NCBI GenBank assembly: GCA_963738405.1
Contig: CAVTWJ010000001.1
Span: forward strand, 160,001-224,000
Length of the DNA: 64,000 nt
Reading direction: 5' to 3'
Origin: a candidate division FCPU426 bacterium
GTDB lineage: Bacteria; Oederibacteriota; Muellerivitia; Muellerivitales; Muellerivitaceae
Of this stretch, positions 29,241 through 37,886 are shown one piece after another. A program made the translations under genes and the position numbers. The stretch's first letter is position 1. Each line of letters opens with the position of its first letter. The notes beneath the pieces were generated by a model that was not told where the DNA came from, ran no database searches, and worked only from the letters and a program-made list of their open reading frames with translations.

Positions 29241-30026
29241 TTGCCTAGCGGTTTATACATTGCGGCATCGGGAATGAATGCGACTTTGGCCCGTCAAGAT
29301 GTCATTTCTAATAATTTGGCCAATGCGAACACGGTCGGCTTTAAACAAAATCGATCAGTTGATATCGCATTTCCAACATATCTTATTGCCCGGCTTCATG
29401 ATCAACGTCTAAAGGTTATGGATGGAACGGCTGAATTGCGACCCTCCATTGGCGTAATGGGTGGCGGAGTGATTCCTCAAACGGTTGCGACTGACTATTC
29501 ACAAGGGGCCCATCTTGAAACTCAAAGCCCGCTGGATTTTGCGCTAAATGGTCCGGGTTTTTTTTCCGTGCTGGGGACGAATGGGAAAACATTTCTAACT
29601 CGAGATGGAAATTTTAGCTTGGATTCAAATGGTCGTCTTGTGACGAAAGATGGGTTGCCCGTGTTGGGCCACAATGGCGAAATATATATCGATGGAACCC
29701 AGGTAACAGCTGACCAAGAAGGTAATTTGACAGTCGACGGAAAAGCTTTGGATCAACTTCTGATTGTTAAAGTGAAAAACGAGAATCAACTAACTAAGGT
29801 GGGGCATTCGTTGTTTCAGGTTGAAGCCAAAAATCAAGTTGAGTTAATGCCTGAAGATGTTCAAGTTCAACAGGGCTTTTTAGAACAATCGAATGTGAAT
29901 TCAATGTCGGAAATGGTTAATATGATTGATACCTACAGATCCTATGAACTGAATTCTCGAATCATTGCTTCATATGATCATTTAATGGGAGAGGCAGCTT
30001 CGCAAATTGGGTCGCTGAAAGTTTGA
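29241..30026 (+). CDS. flgF: Flagellar rod protein FlgF (FlgF/FlgG family)
   Basis: DVISNNLANANTVGFK, TRDGNF, GFLEQSNVN; immediately upstream of flgG. Confidence 0.9.
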   Translation: MPSGLYIAASGMNATLARQDVISNNLANANTVGFKQNRSVDIAFPTYLIARLHDQRLKVMDGTAELRPSIGVMGGGVIPQTVATDYSQGAHLETQSPLDFALNGPGFFSVLGTNGKTFLTRDGNFSLDSNGRLVTKDGLPVLGHNGEIYIDGTQVTADQEGNLTVDGKALDQLLIVKVKNENQLTKVGHSLFQVEAKNQVELMPEDVQVQQGFLEQSNVNSMSEMVNMIDTYRSYELNSRIIASYDHLMGEAASQIGSLKV

Positions 30027-30053
30027 TAATGGGTTAGTAGACGTTTAATTTTT

Positions 30054-30133
30054 ACGGCCGGACTGCTTTTGCGGAGGCCGTTTTACCGCTGAACGATTGA
30101 GGCGGTATTGTTCAAGCTGATAGAGGGCTTGAA
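30054..30133 (+). ncRNA. Candidate cis-regulatory structured RNA in the flgG leader (three hairpins)
   Basis: ACGGCC-GGA-CTGC-TTTT-GCGG-A-GGCCGT; TACCGCT-GAACGATTGA-GGCGGTA; TTCAAGCT-GATAGAG-GGCTTGAA; ends just before RBS AAGGAGG. Confidence 0.6.
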
Positions 30134-30148
30134 ACCAAGGAGGCTTCC

Positions 30149-30949
30149 ATGATGCAGTCGCTTTACACGGCCGCGACAGGTATGGCCGCACAGCAGTTGA
30201 ATATCGATACGATTTCGAACAACCTCGCTAACGTCAGCACAACAGGCTTTAAAAAACAACGTGTTGATTTCCAAGATCTACTTTACATCAATCTGAAACC
30301 TTCCGGGACTCCAACTTCACCTGATACCAATACTCCGGTTGGACTGCAAATCGGCGAGGGAGTTAAGCCGGTTTCTACACAGCGCATATTCACTGAGGGC
30401 GCGATACAAAATACCAATAACCCATTGGATATTCTTATCGAAGGAAACGATAGTTTCTTTCAAGTGACCTTACCAAACGGTGAAACGGCCTATACCCGGG
30501 ACGGATCGTTCACTCAAGATGCGAACGGAAATATCGTTACCGCCGATGGATATTTTTTAAATCCGCCAACACAGCTTCCTGCAGACACATCCTCTATTCA
30601 AATTACCACCAATGGCCAGATCATGGTGCAAACAGCAAGCAGTGCCGGCCAATCAGTTCAAGTTGGGCAGTTGGAACTTACTCGGTTTGTAAATCCCGCA
30701 GGTTTGATGGCCACGGGGAACAATTTATTCCTTGCAACGGCGGCTTCGGGAGATCCAATTCAGGGTACGCCTGGATCGACGGGATTTCCTAACGTTCAGC
30801 AGGGTTCTTTGGAAGAATCAAACGTTGATGTTGTCGATGAAATGGTTAACCTCATCGTGGCTCAAAGGGCTTATGAACTTAATTCAAAAGCGGTCTCGAC
30901 CTCCGATTCCATGCTCTATGATATTACAACGATGAAGCAGTTCCCCTGA
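30149..30949 (+). CDS. flgG: Distal rod protein FlgG
   Basis: AATGMAAQQ..IDTISNNLANVSTTGFKK..FQDLLY, YTRDGSF, LEESNVDVVDEMVNLIVAQRAYELNSK. Confidence 0.97.
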   Translation: MMQSLYTAATGMAAQQLNIDTISNNLANVSTTGFKKQRVDFQDLLYINLKPSGTPTSPDTNTPVGLQIGEGVKPVSTQRIFTEGAIQNTNNPLDILIEGNDSFFQVTLPNGETAYTRDGSFTQDANGNIVTADGYFLNPPTQLPADTSSIQITTNGQIMVQTASSAGQSVQVGQLELTRFVNPAGLMATGNNLFLATAASGDPIQGTPGSTGFPNVQQGSLEESNVDVVDEMVNLIVAQRAYELNSKAVSTSDSMLYDITTMKQFP

Positions 30950-30961
30950 TGATTTAGCCGC

Positions 30962-31939
30962 ATGAGGATTTTGGTTTTAATGGGCCTGTTTGGGTGCGGA
31001 GTTTGCCATATGCCCCTGTTATGTGCTGAAAAAACAGTAACCATTCGTCTGGTTGATCAAGCTACCGTTGCGGGACCGAATATCGTTTTGGGTGACATAG
31101 CTGTGTTGGACGGTGAGGATAAAGTTGAGGTTGATCGCTTGGACCGAATGGTAGTGGAAAGGGCCGCGCCAATGGGGCAGAAGGTATCCGTTGCCCAAAC
31201 CGCTATAAAAATAGCTCTTAGTCGAGAAGGTTATTCCCCGAATGAGGTTCAACTTGTGGGCGCTGAATCATCCCTGGTTTTGACACAGACCCAGGAAGTG
31301 ACTCCCGGCCAATTGTTAGTGGCTGCTCAATCTTTTATTCTTTCCCAGACCGGGGAAGATCCGAGAAATTTGAAAATTAAGCTTTTGGGGCCGCTAAAAA
31401 ATCTGGTGATCCCAACTGGGAATTTGGGGATTCATTATCGTCCGGCCCTTGTTGGGCAATACGAAGGCGTGCAAATATTAACTGCTGAATTGACCGTTGA
31501 TGGTCGCAGTATTCGATTGGTTCCTGTTAGGTTGGATGCTCAGATTCTTCATGCCGTTGTTCAAACCACCAGGGCCATAAGCAAAGGGGATAAATTTACG
31601 GTTGATAATGTTTCGCTAGGGACGCTTCCCACCTCGCAAATTTTAAAGGGAACCCTTCAACACCTAGATGACGTCTTAGGCCGGAGCGCGGCCTTTGATC
31701 TAAAATCTGGGACTCCGGTTCGTTTTAGCGAAATAAATGACCCTCCGGTTATACGCCACGGTAGCATTGTTCAGGCATTTGTTGAAACCGGAAATATAGA
31801 AATCGTTGTTCATGCGCGGGCCGTCGCCGATGGAAAAGCCGGTGAAGAGATCCTTGTTGAAAACACTGATTCACATAAAATCTTGAAAGCCAAGGTTTTG
31901 GATGAAAACAGTGTTTTAATTGACCCGATGAAGCCGTGA
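30962..31939 (+). CDS. flgA: P-ring formation chaperone FlgA
   Basis: Signal peptide, SAF-like domain, ARAVADGKAGEEILVENTDSHK. Confidence 0.9.
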   Translation: MRILVLMGLFGCGVCHMPLLCAEKTVTIRLVDQATVAGPNIVLGDIAVLDGEDKVEVDRLDRMVVERAAPMGQKVSVAQTAIKIALSREGYSPNEVQLVGAESSLVLTQTQEVTPGQLLVAAQSFILSQTGEDPRNLKIKLLGPLKNLVIPTGNLGIHYRPALVGQYEGVQILTAELTVDGRSIRLVPVRLDAQILHAVVQTTRAISKGDKFTVDNVSLGTLPTSQILKGTLQHLDDVLGRSAAFDLKSGTPVRFSEINDPPVIRHGSIVQAFVETGNIEIVVHARAVADGKAGEEILVENTDSHKILKAKVLDENSVLIDPMKP

Positions 31940-31954
31940 GTTGCGGGAGGAAAT

Positions 31955-32578
31955 ATGTGTTATAAAATGTTAAGAATTTTGTGGTTCGGGATGATATGGC
32001 TGGTTTTGCCACCCCAAATTGTAAGGGCGGATTCTATCTATCCGCTTGAGGGTTCCTCCTCTATCTATACTGAGAAACGTGCCCACAGGGTTGGTGATGT
32101 CATTACAGTCATGATTCAAGAAGACACGCAGGCAAGCCAAGGCGCCAGCAGTCAAAACCAAAAAACGGCCAGTCTGGCTTTAGGAGCTGGGACCGGATAC
32201 TTGGGAGCTGGTACCTACGGTTCAAACATATTAAACAGCAATAGCCAAATCGGTGTTGGGGCCAGTTCTGGACATCAAGGTCAAGGCTCGACGAGTCGTG
32301 GAACAACCATTACGGGTCAAATGACGGCAAAGATCGTTTCGGTGCTACCCAATGGGAATTTCCAGATTGAGGGAGCAAGGTATGTTGAGGTTAATGAGGA
32401 AAAACAAACGGTCGAAGTGGTCGGAGAAATAAGGCCAGATGATATTTCAAGGGACAACACAGTGCCTTCATCGCGCGTGGCAGACGCTAAGATTAAAATT
32501 ACGGGGACGGGCCCGGCCTCCGAATCGGCTAAACCGGGAATTCTTACTCGTGTACTGGGTTGGTTGGGTCTTTTTTAA
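31955..32578 (+). CDS. flgH: Flagellar L-ring protein FlgH
   Basis: RAHRVGDVITV, VLPNGNFQIEG, GEIRPDDISRDNTVPSSRVADA. Confidence 0.95.
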   Translation: MCYKMLRILWFGMIWLVLPPQIVRADSIYPLEGSSSIYTEKRAHRVGDVITVMIQEDTQASQGASSQNQKTASLALGAGTGYLGAGTYGSNILNSNSQIGVGASSGHQGQGSTSRGTTITGQMTAKIVSVLPNGNFQIEGARYVEVNEEKQTVEVVGEIRPDDISRDNTVPSSRVADAKIKITGTGPASESAKPGILTRVLGWLGLF

Positions 32579-32588
32579 AGGAAAAAAC

Positions 32589-33707
32589 ATGAAGAATAAT
32601 TTAGGTTTTCTTGGCGGATTAATCCTTGCTTTCGTGACAATTGGATATTTACCAGTAAATGCCGCTCAGGTACGCCTCAAGACGATCGCACAAGTTAAGG
32701 GCGTTCGAGAAAATCAGTTGATAGGATATGGCTTGGTGGTAGGTCTACAACGAACCGGTGATACTCAAAGGGTCGTTTCCACCCTTCAAAGTATTACCAA
32801 CATGCTTATGCAATTCGGCATAAAAATTAATTCTGATCAAATTCGGACCCAGAATGTTGCCGCAGTCATGGTAACGGCCCAGTTACCAGCGCTTTTGCAA
32901 TCAGGAGACAAAATCGATGTCGTTGTTTCCTCGGTAGGAGACGCTCGGAGCCTTCAAGGCGGAAATTTGCTAATGACCCCGCTCCAAGGCCCGGATGGTC
33001 AAGTTTACGCTGTTGCCCAAGGACCTCTCGCTGTTGGGGGCTATTCGGACAACACCGGAGAATTTCCTCTTATCCAGGTGGATACGACTACCACGGGTCG
33101 GGTTCCTAATGGTGCCATGGTAGAAAGGGAAGTGCCGTCTTCATTCATTGACAACAACACCATTTCAATCCTTTTGGATCGTCCGGATTTCAGTCAAGCG
33201 TCGCTTGTGACGCAAGCATTGAACCAGCAATTTGGTGAACCAGTGGCACGGGCGGTTGACGGCGGACAAATTGATGTGAAATTACCTCCCAATTACCAAG
33301 ATAACATTGTGGATTTCATCGCGGCCGTGGAAGAAACACAAGTTCAAACGGATTCCCCTGCCAGCAGAGTTGTTGTAAACGAAAGAACGGGAACGGTAGT
33401 TTTGGGACAGGATGTTCGAATCGACGCCGTCGCGATCGCACATGGGAATCTTCGTTTGGTTATCAAGAAAACAACCCAAATATCTCATGACGCTGTCTTT
33501 GGCCATGATGAATTGACACACACGACAACCGTTTCCGCAGAAGATACGGGCAAACAAGGAAACTTAGTTGTCCTTCCAGAAGGCGCAACACTTCTTGACA
33601 TCGTAACCGCAGTTAACGCGGTTGGCGCGACTCCGCGGGACCTTATTTCTATTCTTCAGGCGATTAAGGAAGCGGGGGCTCTTCACGCGGATCTAACGAT
33701 TCTTTAA
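32589..33707 (+). CDS. flgI: Flagellar P-ring protein FlgI
   Basis: GVRENQLIGYGLVVGL, NVAAVMVTA, VVVNERTGTVV, ILQAIKEAGALHA; ATG 32589 begins a signal peptide. Confidence 0.97.
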   Translation: MKNNLGFLGGLILAFVTIGYLPVNAAQVRLKTIAQVKGVRENQLIGYGLVVGLQRTGDTQRVVSTLQSITNMLMQFGIKINSDQIRTQNVAAVMVTAQLPALLQSGDKIDVVVSSVGDARSLQGGNLLMTPLQGPDGQVYAVAQGPLAVGGYSDNTGEFPLIQVDTTTTGRVPNGAMVEREVPSSFIDNNTISILLDRPDFSQASLVTQALNQQFGEPVARAVDGGQIDVKLPPNYQDNIVDFIAAVEETQVQTDSPASRVVVNERTGTVVLGQDVRIDAVAIAHGNLRLVIKKTTQISHDAVFGHDELTHTTTVSAEDTGKQGNLVVLPEGATLLDIVTAVNAVGATPRDLISILQAIKEAGALHADLTIL

Positions 33708-33721
33708 TTCGGGGGACTGAT

Positions 33722-34180
33722 TTGAATCCAAGTGTTGCAGCGGTGAATAACCTTCAACCCTTTATTCATGCCGTTTCTTCTGGCAATAATTCATTTTCGA
33801 GTGACTCCCAATTGGCGGCACAAACGCTCATGGGAAACACGCTTATGTCTCATGTGCCTTCCTTATCGAATCCAAATCAATTGAATTCCTTGCGGCCTGT
33901 TTTTGATCTGAATTCAAACCATGTTCATTCGGAAGCTCAGCTTCGAAAAGTTTCGAAAGATTTTGAAACGATCTTTTTACAGATGATGTTAAAGGAGATG
34001 CGTAATTCCGTTCAAAAGTCTGGCCTTATGGGTGATTCCCAAGCGACAAGCCTATTTGAGTCAATGCAAGACGAGCAAATTTCCCGTCAACTGGCTTCCG
34101 CGGGCGGAATTGGAATTGGAAACATGATTTATGGACAATTAGAGAAAGCCGTAGCTCCCCATCAAAAATCGTTTAAATGA
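33722..34180 (+). CDS. flgJ: Rod-binding protein FlgJ (no muramidase domain)
   Basis: LRKVSKDFETIFLQMMLKEMR...GGIGIGNMIYGQL. Confidence 0.9.
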   Translation: MNPSVAAVNNLQPFIHAVSSGNNSFSSDSQLAAQTLMGNTLMSHVPSLSNPNQLNSLRPVFDLNSNHVHSEAQLRKVSKDFETIFLQMMLKEMRNSVQKSGLMGDSQATSLFESMQDEQISRQLASAGGIGIGNMIYGQLEKAVAPHQKSFK

Positions 34181-34614
34181 CTTGGGCCAACTGTTCCCGT
34201 TGTGGCAAAGCCTATACCCAAATGACGGTTGGAATGAATATTTGCCAAATTTGCGCCAAAGAAGAAGACGACAACTTCACGTTGGTTTTTAGGTATCTTT
34301 CCACCCGCCCCGCTGCTACAGCCCAAGAAATTGCCCAAGAAACCGGTGTTGATATTAAAGAGATTTATAAATATGTGCGGGAAAACCGGCTTCGACTTGT
34401 AAAAAATGATGCTGGTTTTTTTTGCGAAGGGTGTGGAGTGCCCATTTCGCAGGGAAAAAGGTGCGAAAAATGCTTTCGAAAACTGACGATTGAATTTCGA
34501 AATGATATAACCAAAACTATGGAAAATCGAAAAAATTCCTCTGAAAACCATAGTTTTTCCTCTCGTGATCCCCAAAAAGGCCCTAAATACCTTAAAAAAT
34601 ATAGAGGCGAATAA
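34177..34614 (+). CDS. YvyF-like flagellar operon zinc-ribbon protein
   Basis: ANCSRCGK...ICQIC...CEGCG...CEKC (four CxxC) around an HTH-like EIAQETGV; directly before flgM. Confidence 0.85.
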   Translation: MTWANCSRCGKAYTQMTVGMNICQICAKEEDDNFTLVFRYLSTRPAATAQEIAQETGVDIKEIYKYVRENRLRLVKNDAGFFCEGCGVPISQGKRCEKCFRKLTIEFRNDITKTMENRKNSSENHSFSSRDPQKGPKYLKKYRGE

Positions 34615-34673
34615 AACGAGCCTTTTGAACGGTTTTCCTCCCTTCTTTTCCACCATTCATCAAAGAATTTAGC

Positions 34674-34700
34674 TCAAGTTTTCCATTTAGGAGCCGTTAG
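34674..34700 (+). promoter_or_regulatory. Sigma28-type promoter of flgM-flgN-flgK-fliK
   Basis: TCAA-N15-GCCGTTAG; canonical sigma28 spacing; same motif recurs before flgD. Confidence 0.75.
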
Positions 34701-34728
34701 GTTTATCAGAAAACCTAAGGAGATCCCC

Positions 34729-35016
34729 ATGAAAATCGACGGATTTCAAAACATCCCAGCCATTCTTCAATCATTTCAAAAAACGACTCAGCCCTCTCAA
34801 AAATCTGAAATCGAAGGTTCCTTCAGTTCGGTTTCCTTGAGCTCGTTTGGGGAAGTGCTTCAGTCTTTGCAACGCCAATCAGCTCAAACTTCTCAGGCAA
34901 ATGCCAAGAAAATTGAGCAATTAACTCAACAAATCGAATCAGGCAAGTATCAAGTCGATCTTAATAAACTTGCCACAAAGTTGGTTGATTCAAATATTAT
35001 CGATTTCAAGGGTTAA
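34729..35016 (+). CDS. flgM: Anti-sigma28 factor FlgM
   Basis: SVSLSS...KIEQLTQQIESGKYQVD...LATKL; AAGGAG RBS. Confidence 0.92.
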   Translation: MKIDGFQNIPAILQSFQKTTQPSQKSEIEGSFSSVSLSSFGEVLQSLQRQSAQTSQANAKKIEQLTQQIESGKYQVDLNKLATKLVDSNIIDFKG

Positions 35017-35018
35017 TC

Positions 35019-35504
35019 ATGATTCAGCAGTATCAAAAGCTCGTAGCTGAGTTAAAAAACGAAAGGGCCTGCTATACCCGTTTGGCTTCATTAGCATCGG
35101 AGCAAAAACAATTTCTCGTTTCCGGCGAATTGGACAAAGTGGCCGATAACCTGAAACGTCAAGAAAAAGAGGTTTTTGCCTTATCACCCCTATTGGGTGA
35201 AAGAAACGACCTTTCGGACGTCTTGGGGAAGGCTCACAAAATATCCAACGCGACTTTGGCCCAAATTATTCAAAACGCGCCACTGGAAATCATTGAAGAG
35301 TTAAAAATGGCCGTGATTGATTTGGTTCGCTCGGCCAAGGAACTAGAAGACATTAACCAAGGCAACGAAAAGCTCGCGAACAACGCCTTGTCACTCGCCG
35401 ATTTGACCCTTAAGGCTTTAGTGGGGAAGGGGCGTTCCAATTCGGGCTCCCCATCCCCGAAAAAAGAAGAAGCCAAATCGTCTTTCGTCAACCGCGTGGT
35501 TTAG
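35019..35504 (+). CDS. flgN: Export chaperone FlgN
   Basis: Helical protein with ELEDINQGNEKL; located between flgM and flgK. Confidence 0.85.
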   Translation: MIQQYQKLVAELKNERACYTRLASLASEQKQFLVSGELDKVADNLKRQEKEVFALSPLLGERNDLSDVLGKAHKISNATLAQIIQNAPLEIIEELKMAVIDLVRSAKELEDINQGNEKLANNALSLADLTLKALVGKGRSNSGSPSPKKEEAKSSFVNRVV

Positions 35505-35513
35505 GAGGCTGGA

Positions 35514-37871
35514 ATGATCAGTGGGTTTCAAAGTTTAAGCACTATTAACAGCGGGTTGATTCTCCAGCAATTGGAGCAGGATGTAACTGCTTCCAACCTT
35601 GCCCAGCCTTCGCTTGATTCCCAAGGCTACCTGATGAACAGCCTAGAACGCGTTAACCCCGGTTCCGCTCCGTCTCTGTCCTTTAACGGCGCCAATGGGT
35701 TCATGTCGATTGGAAACGGCGTAACTGTTGATTCAATTACTCGCCTTCGAAATTCATTCTTGGATAACCAAATCCGCCAGGAAAGTTCACTTGTGGGTTA
35801 TGACGAAATTTTAGCCAATTCCACCGGGAGCGGTGTTCTTAACCAAATAAACTCAATCATCAATGCCTCCCCAACTACCACGCTTAATTACGCACTAACT
35901 CAATTTCAATCAGCTTGGCAGACTTTAGGGGCTAACACCAATCCGGCTCTCGATTTAGCAGATGGGGCCTCGGTAGTAAGCGCAGGAACGGCGTTTGCCC
36001 AGATGGCCAACAGCCAATACAACCAATTGCAGGGCTTGCAGATTACCTACAACAACAATATCCAAGGAACGGTTAACCAGATCAATCAGTTGTTTCAACA
36101 GTTGAATTCTATCAATGTACAGCTTAACTCGACTCAGGGATCTAACCAAAACACCTTGTTAGATGCCCGGGATTACGCTTTAGATAAACTCTCTCGGCTC
36201 ATGAATTTTCAGGTCACCTTTGGCAACAACGGTACGGCGAGCCTTTTCCTTAATGGGATTTCACTTGTGGGACCAAGTGGAGCGGCCCAACTCCAAGCAA
36301 ATATACCTGACCCAAACAATCCTGCTCTCGTGAATATTACGCTTGAACCCTTTAACAGTTCCGTTCCGATGGAAACTGGGGGAGGGATAGTACCTGTTGC
36401 AATACCTTCGATAGTCGATCTCACAACTCAGATCACGGGAGGCAACCTGGGTGGGTATTTACAAGCTCGAAATGTCATCTTGCAGTCTTATAAGCAGCAG
36501 GTAAATCAAGCTACGACAGCCGCTATGAATTTTACGAACACACTCCAATCCGCCGGTTTTGCATCAAATGGTGTAACAACGGGTACTTTGTTTTTTGAGG
36601 GCACTGGGGCCTCAAATATCGTGGTGAATGGTGTTTTAACCACAAATAGTGGGCTAGTTGCGGAGTCGAGCGTGGCCTTTGGAGCAGCTGGCGCTGTGGC
36701 CTATCCCGGAGCACCGGTTACTGGAAACCAGCAAATCGCGCAAATGCTTGGCGGGGGGAACTATGGGGCAAGTCCTATAATAAACCCAGGTCTGATGAAT
36801 CTCATGGCGCAAAATTTTTCGGCTAGTGCTAAGGCTATTGGCATTCCAAATCCCTACGCCGCTTTGGGTTTGACAGGCTCCGCTTCAATCGATGGGGTAA
36901 CTATTTCTTATGTTCCCACCGATACCATTTCAAGCATTTTGCAGCAGATTAATAACAATGTTTCGGGTGTAACTGCTGTTTACAATTCTTCCAGCCAGCA
37001 ATTTTTCATTTTTTCTCCAAATCCTGTAAACATCACCGATATCTCCGGCCTGAACCCCTTTGCAAACAGTACTGCGGCCGGGGCGGGTTGGACTAACCTG
37101 TCGAATTTTATGGTCGGAACTTCGACCCTCAATAATAGTTTTACGCCTAATCAGGCAATAGTGCAGTCTGGTGGCGCTCCCATGAATTCAATTGCCTCCA
37201 TAGTTCCTGGCAACGGCCCAAATGATTCTGCCTTTGCCGTGACACCATCCACAACTGGCTCCTTTACGGTTAATGGAGTAGCCGCTCCAATTCAATGGAA
37301 CAATACTCAGTCTTTAAATACGATCCGGCTTCAAATCAACGCTTCAACCGCTGGGATCGCATCCCAAGCATTAGCGCCTCCCAATATTTTGTTTTCGCCT
37401 TTTTTTGGCGGTAACTCAGTCCAAATATTCAAAATGCAATCAGATCAGCCGATGCAAATCACCGACATTTCGGGAAATTTTACATCGGTAGTCGGCCTTA
37501 ATAACAACACCGAAACTTTGGGACAACTTTCGAACTCCATTCTTGGGCAAGTAAATACAGAATTATCCAGCCAACAGATGGCAACCGGTCAAGCCCAAGA
37601 TTCGCTCAACCAACTCAACACCGCCCAAGCCAATATTGCCGGTATCTATACTGGGGGTTCCTCGCCCGTAACCACGGCTTCGGGGATACCGACCTCCTCC
37701 AATTCGGGGGTTCCCCTGGCTTCCATACAACAGCAAGCCACCCAGGCTGCGACGACTTACAACGCTTTATTAGAAATTATGCAGGTAATTGACAATATGT
37801 ATCAAAATTTAATCAACGTTGTAGGCGGGGGAACGACCAGTAGTAATTCAAACAATACTTTCCAGGGTTAG
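35514..37871 (+). CDS. flgK: Hook-associated protein FlgK, divergent and with internal insertions
   Basis: IGNGVTVDSITRLRNSFLDNQIR, LLDARDYALDKLS, TGGNLGGYLQAR, degenerate SGVPL C-terminus; follows flgN. Confidence 0.85.
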   Translation: MISGFQSLSTINSGLILQQLEQDVTASNLAQPSLDSQGYLMNSLERVNPGSAPSLSFNGANGFMSIGNGVTVDSITRLRNSFLDNQIRQESSLVGYDEILANSTGSGVLNQINSIINASPTTTLNYALTQFQSAWQTLGANTNPALDLADGASVVSAGTAFAQMANSQYNQLQGLQITYNNNIQGTVNQINQLFQQLNSINVQLNSTQGSNQNTLLDARDYALDKLSRLMNFQVTFGNNGTASLFLNGISLVGPSGAAQLQANIPDPNNPALVNITLEPFNSSVPMETGGGIVPVAIPSIVDLTTQITGGNLGGYLQARNVILQSYKQQVNQATTAAMNFTNTLQSAGFASNGVTTGTLFFEGTGASNIVVNGVLTTNSGLVAESSVAFGAAGAVAYPGAPVTGNQQIAQMLGGGNYGASPIINPGLMNLMAQNFSASAKAIGIPNPYAALGLTGSASIDGVTISYVPTDTISSILQQINNNVSGVTAVYNSSSQQFFIFSPNPVNITDISGLNPFANSTAAGAGWTNLSNFMVGTSTLNNSFTPNQAIVQSGGAPMNSIASIVPGNGPNDSAFAVTPSTTGSFTVNGVAAPIQWNNTQSLNTIRLQINASTAGIASQALAPPNILFSPFFGGNSVQIFKMQSDQPMQITDISGNFTSVVGLNNNTETLGQLSNSILGQVNTELSSQQMATGQAQDSLNQLNTAQANIAGIYTGGSSPVTTASGIPTSSNSGVPLASIQQQATQAATTYNALLEIMQVIDNMYQNLINVVGGGTTSSNSNNTFQG

Positions 37872-37886
37872 GAAAGGGAGAACATT

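Noticed and set aside
32439..32588. Upstream extensions in the ORF track for flgI (also flhA, fliQ, rlmH, DUF4340)
   Set aside because: Downstream starts have better RBS or signal peptides and avoid long overlaps, so these were not treated as real extensions or frameshifts.
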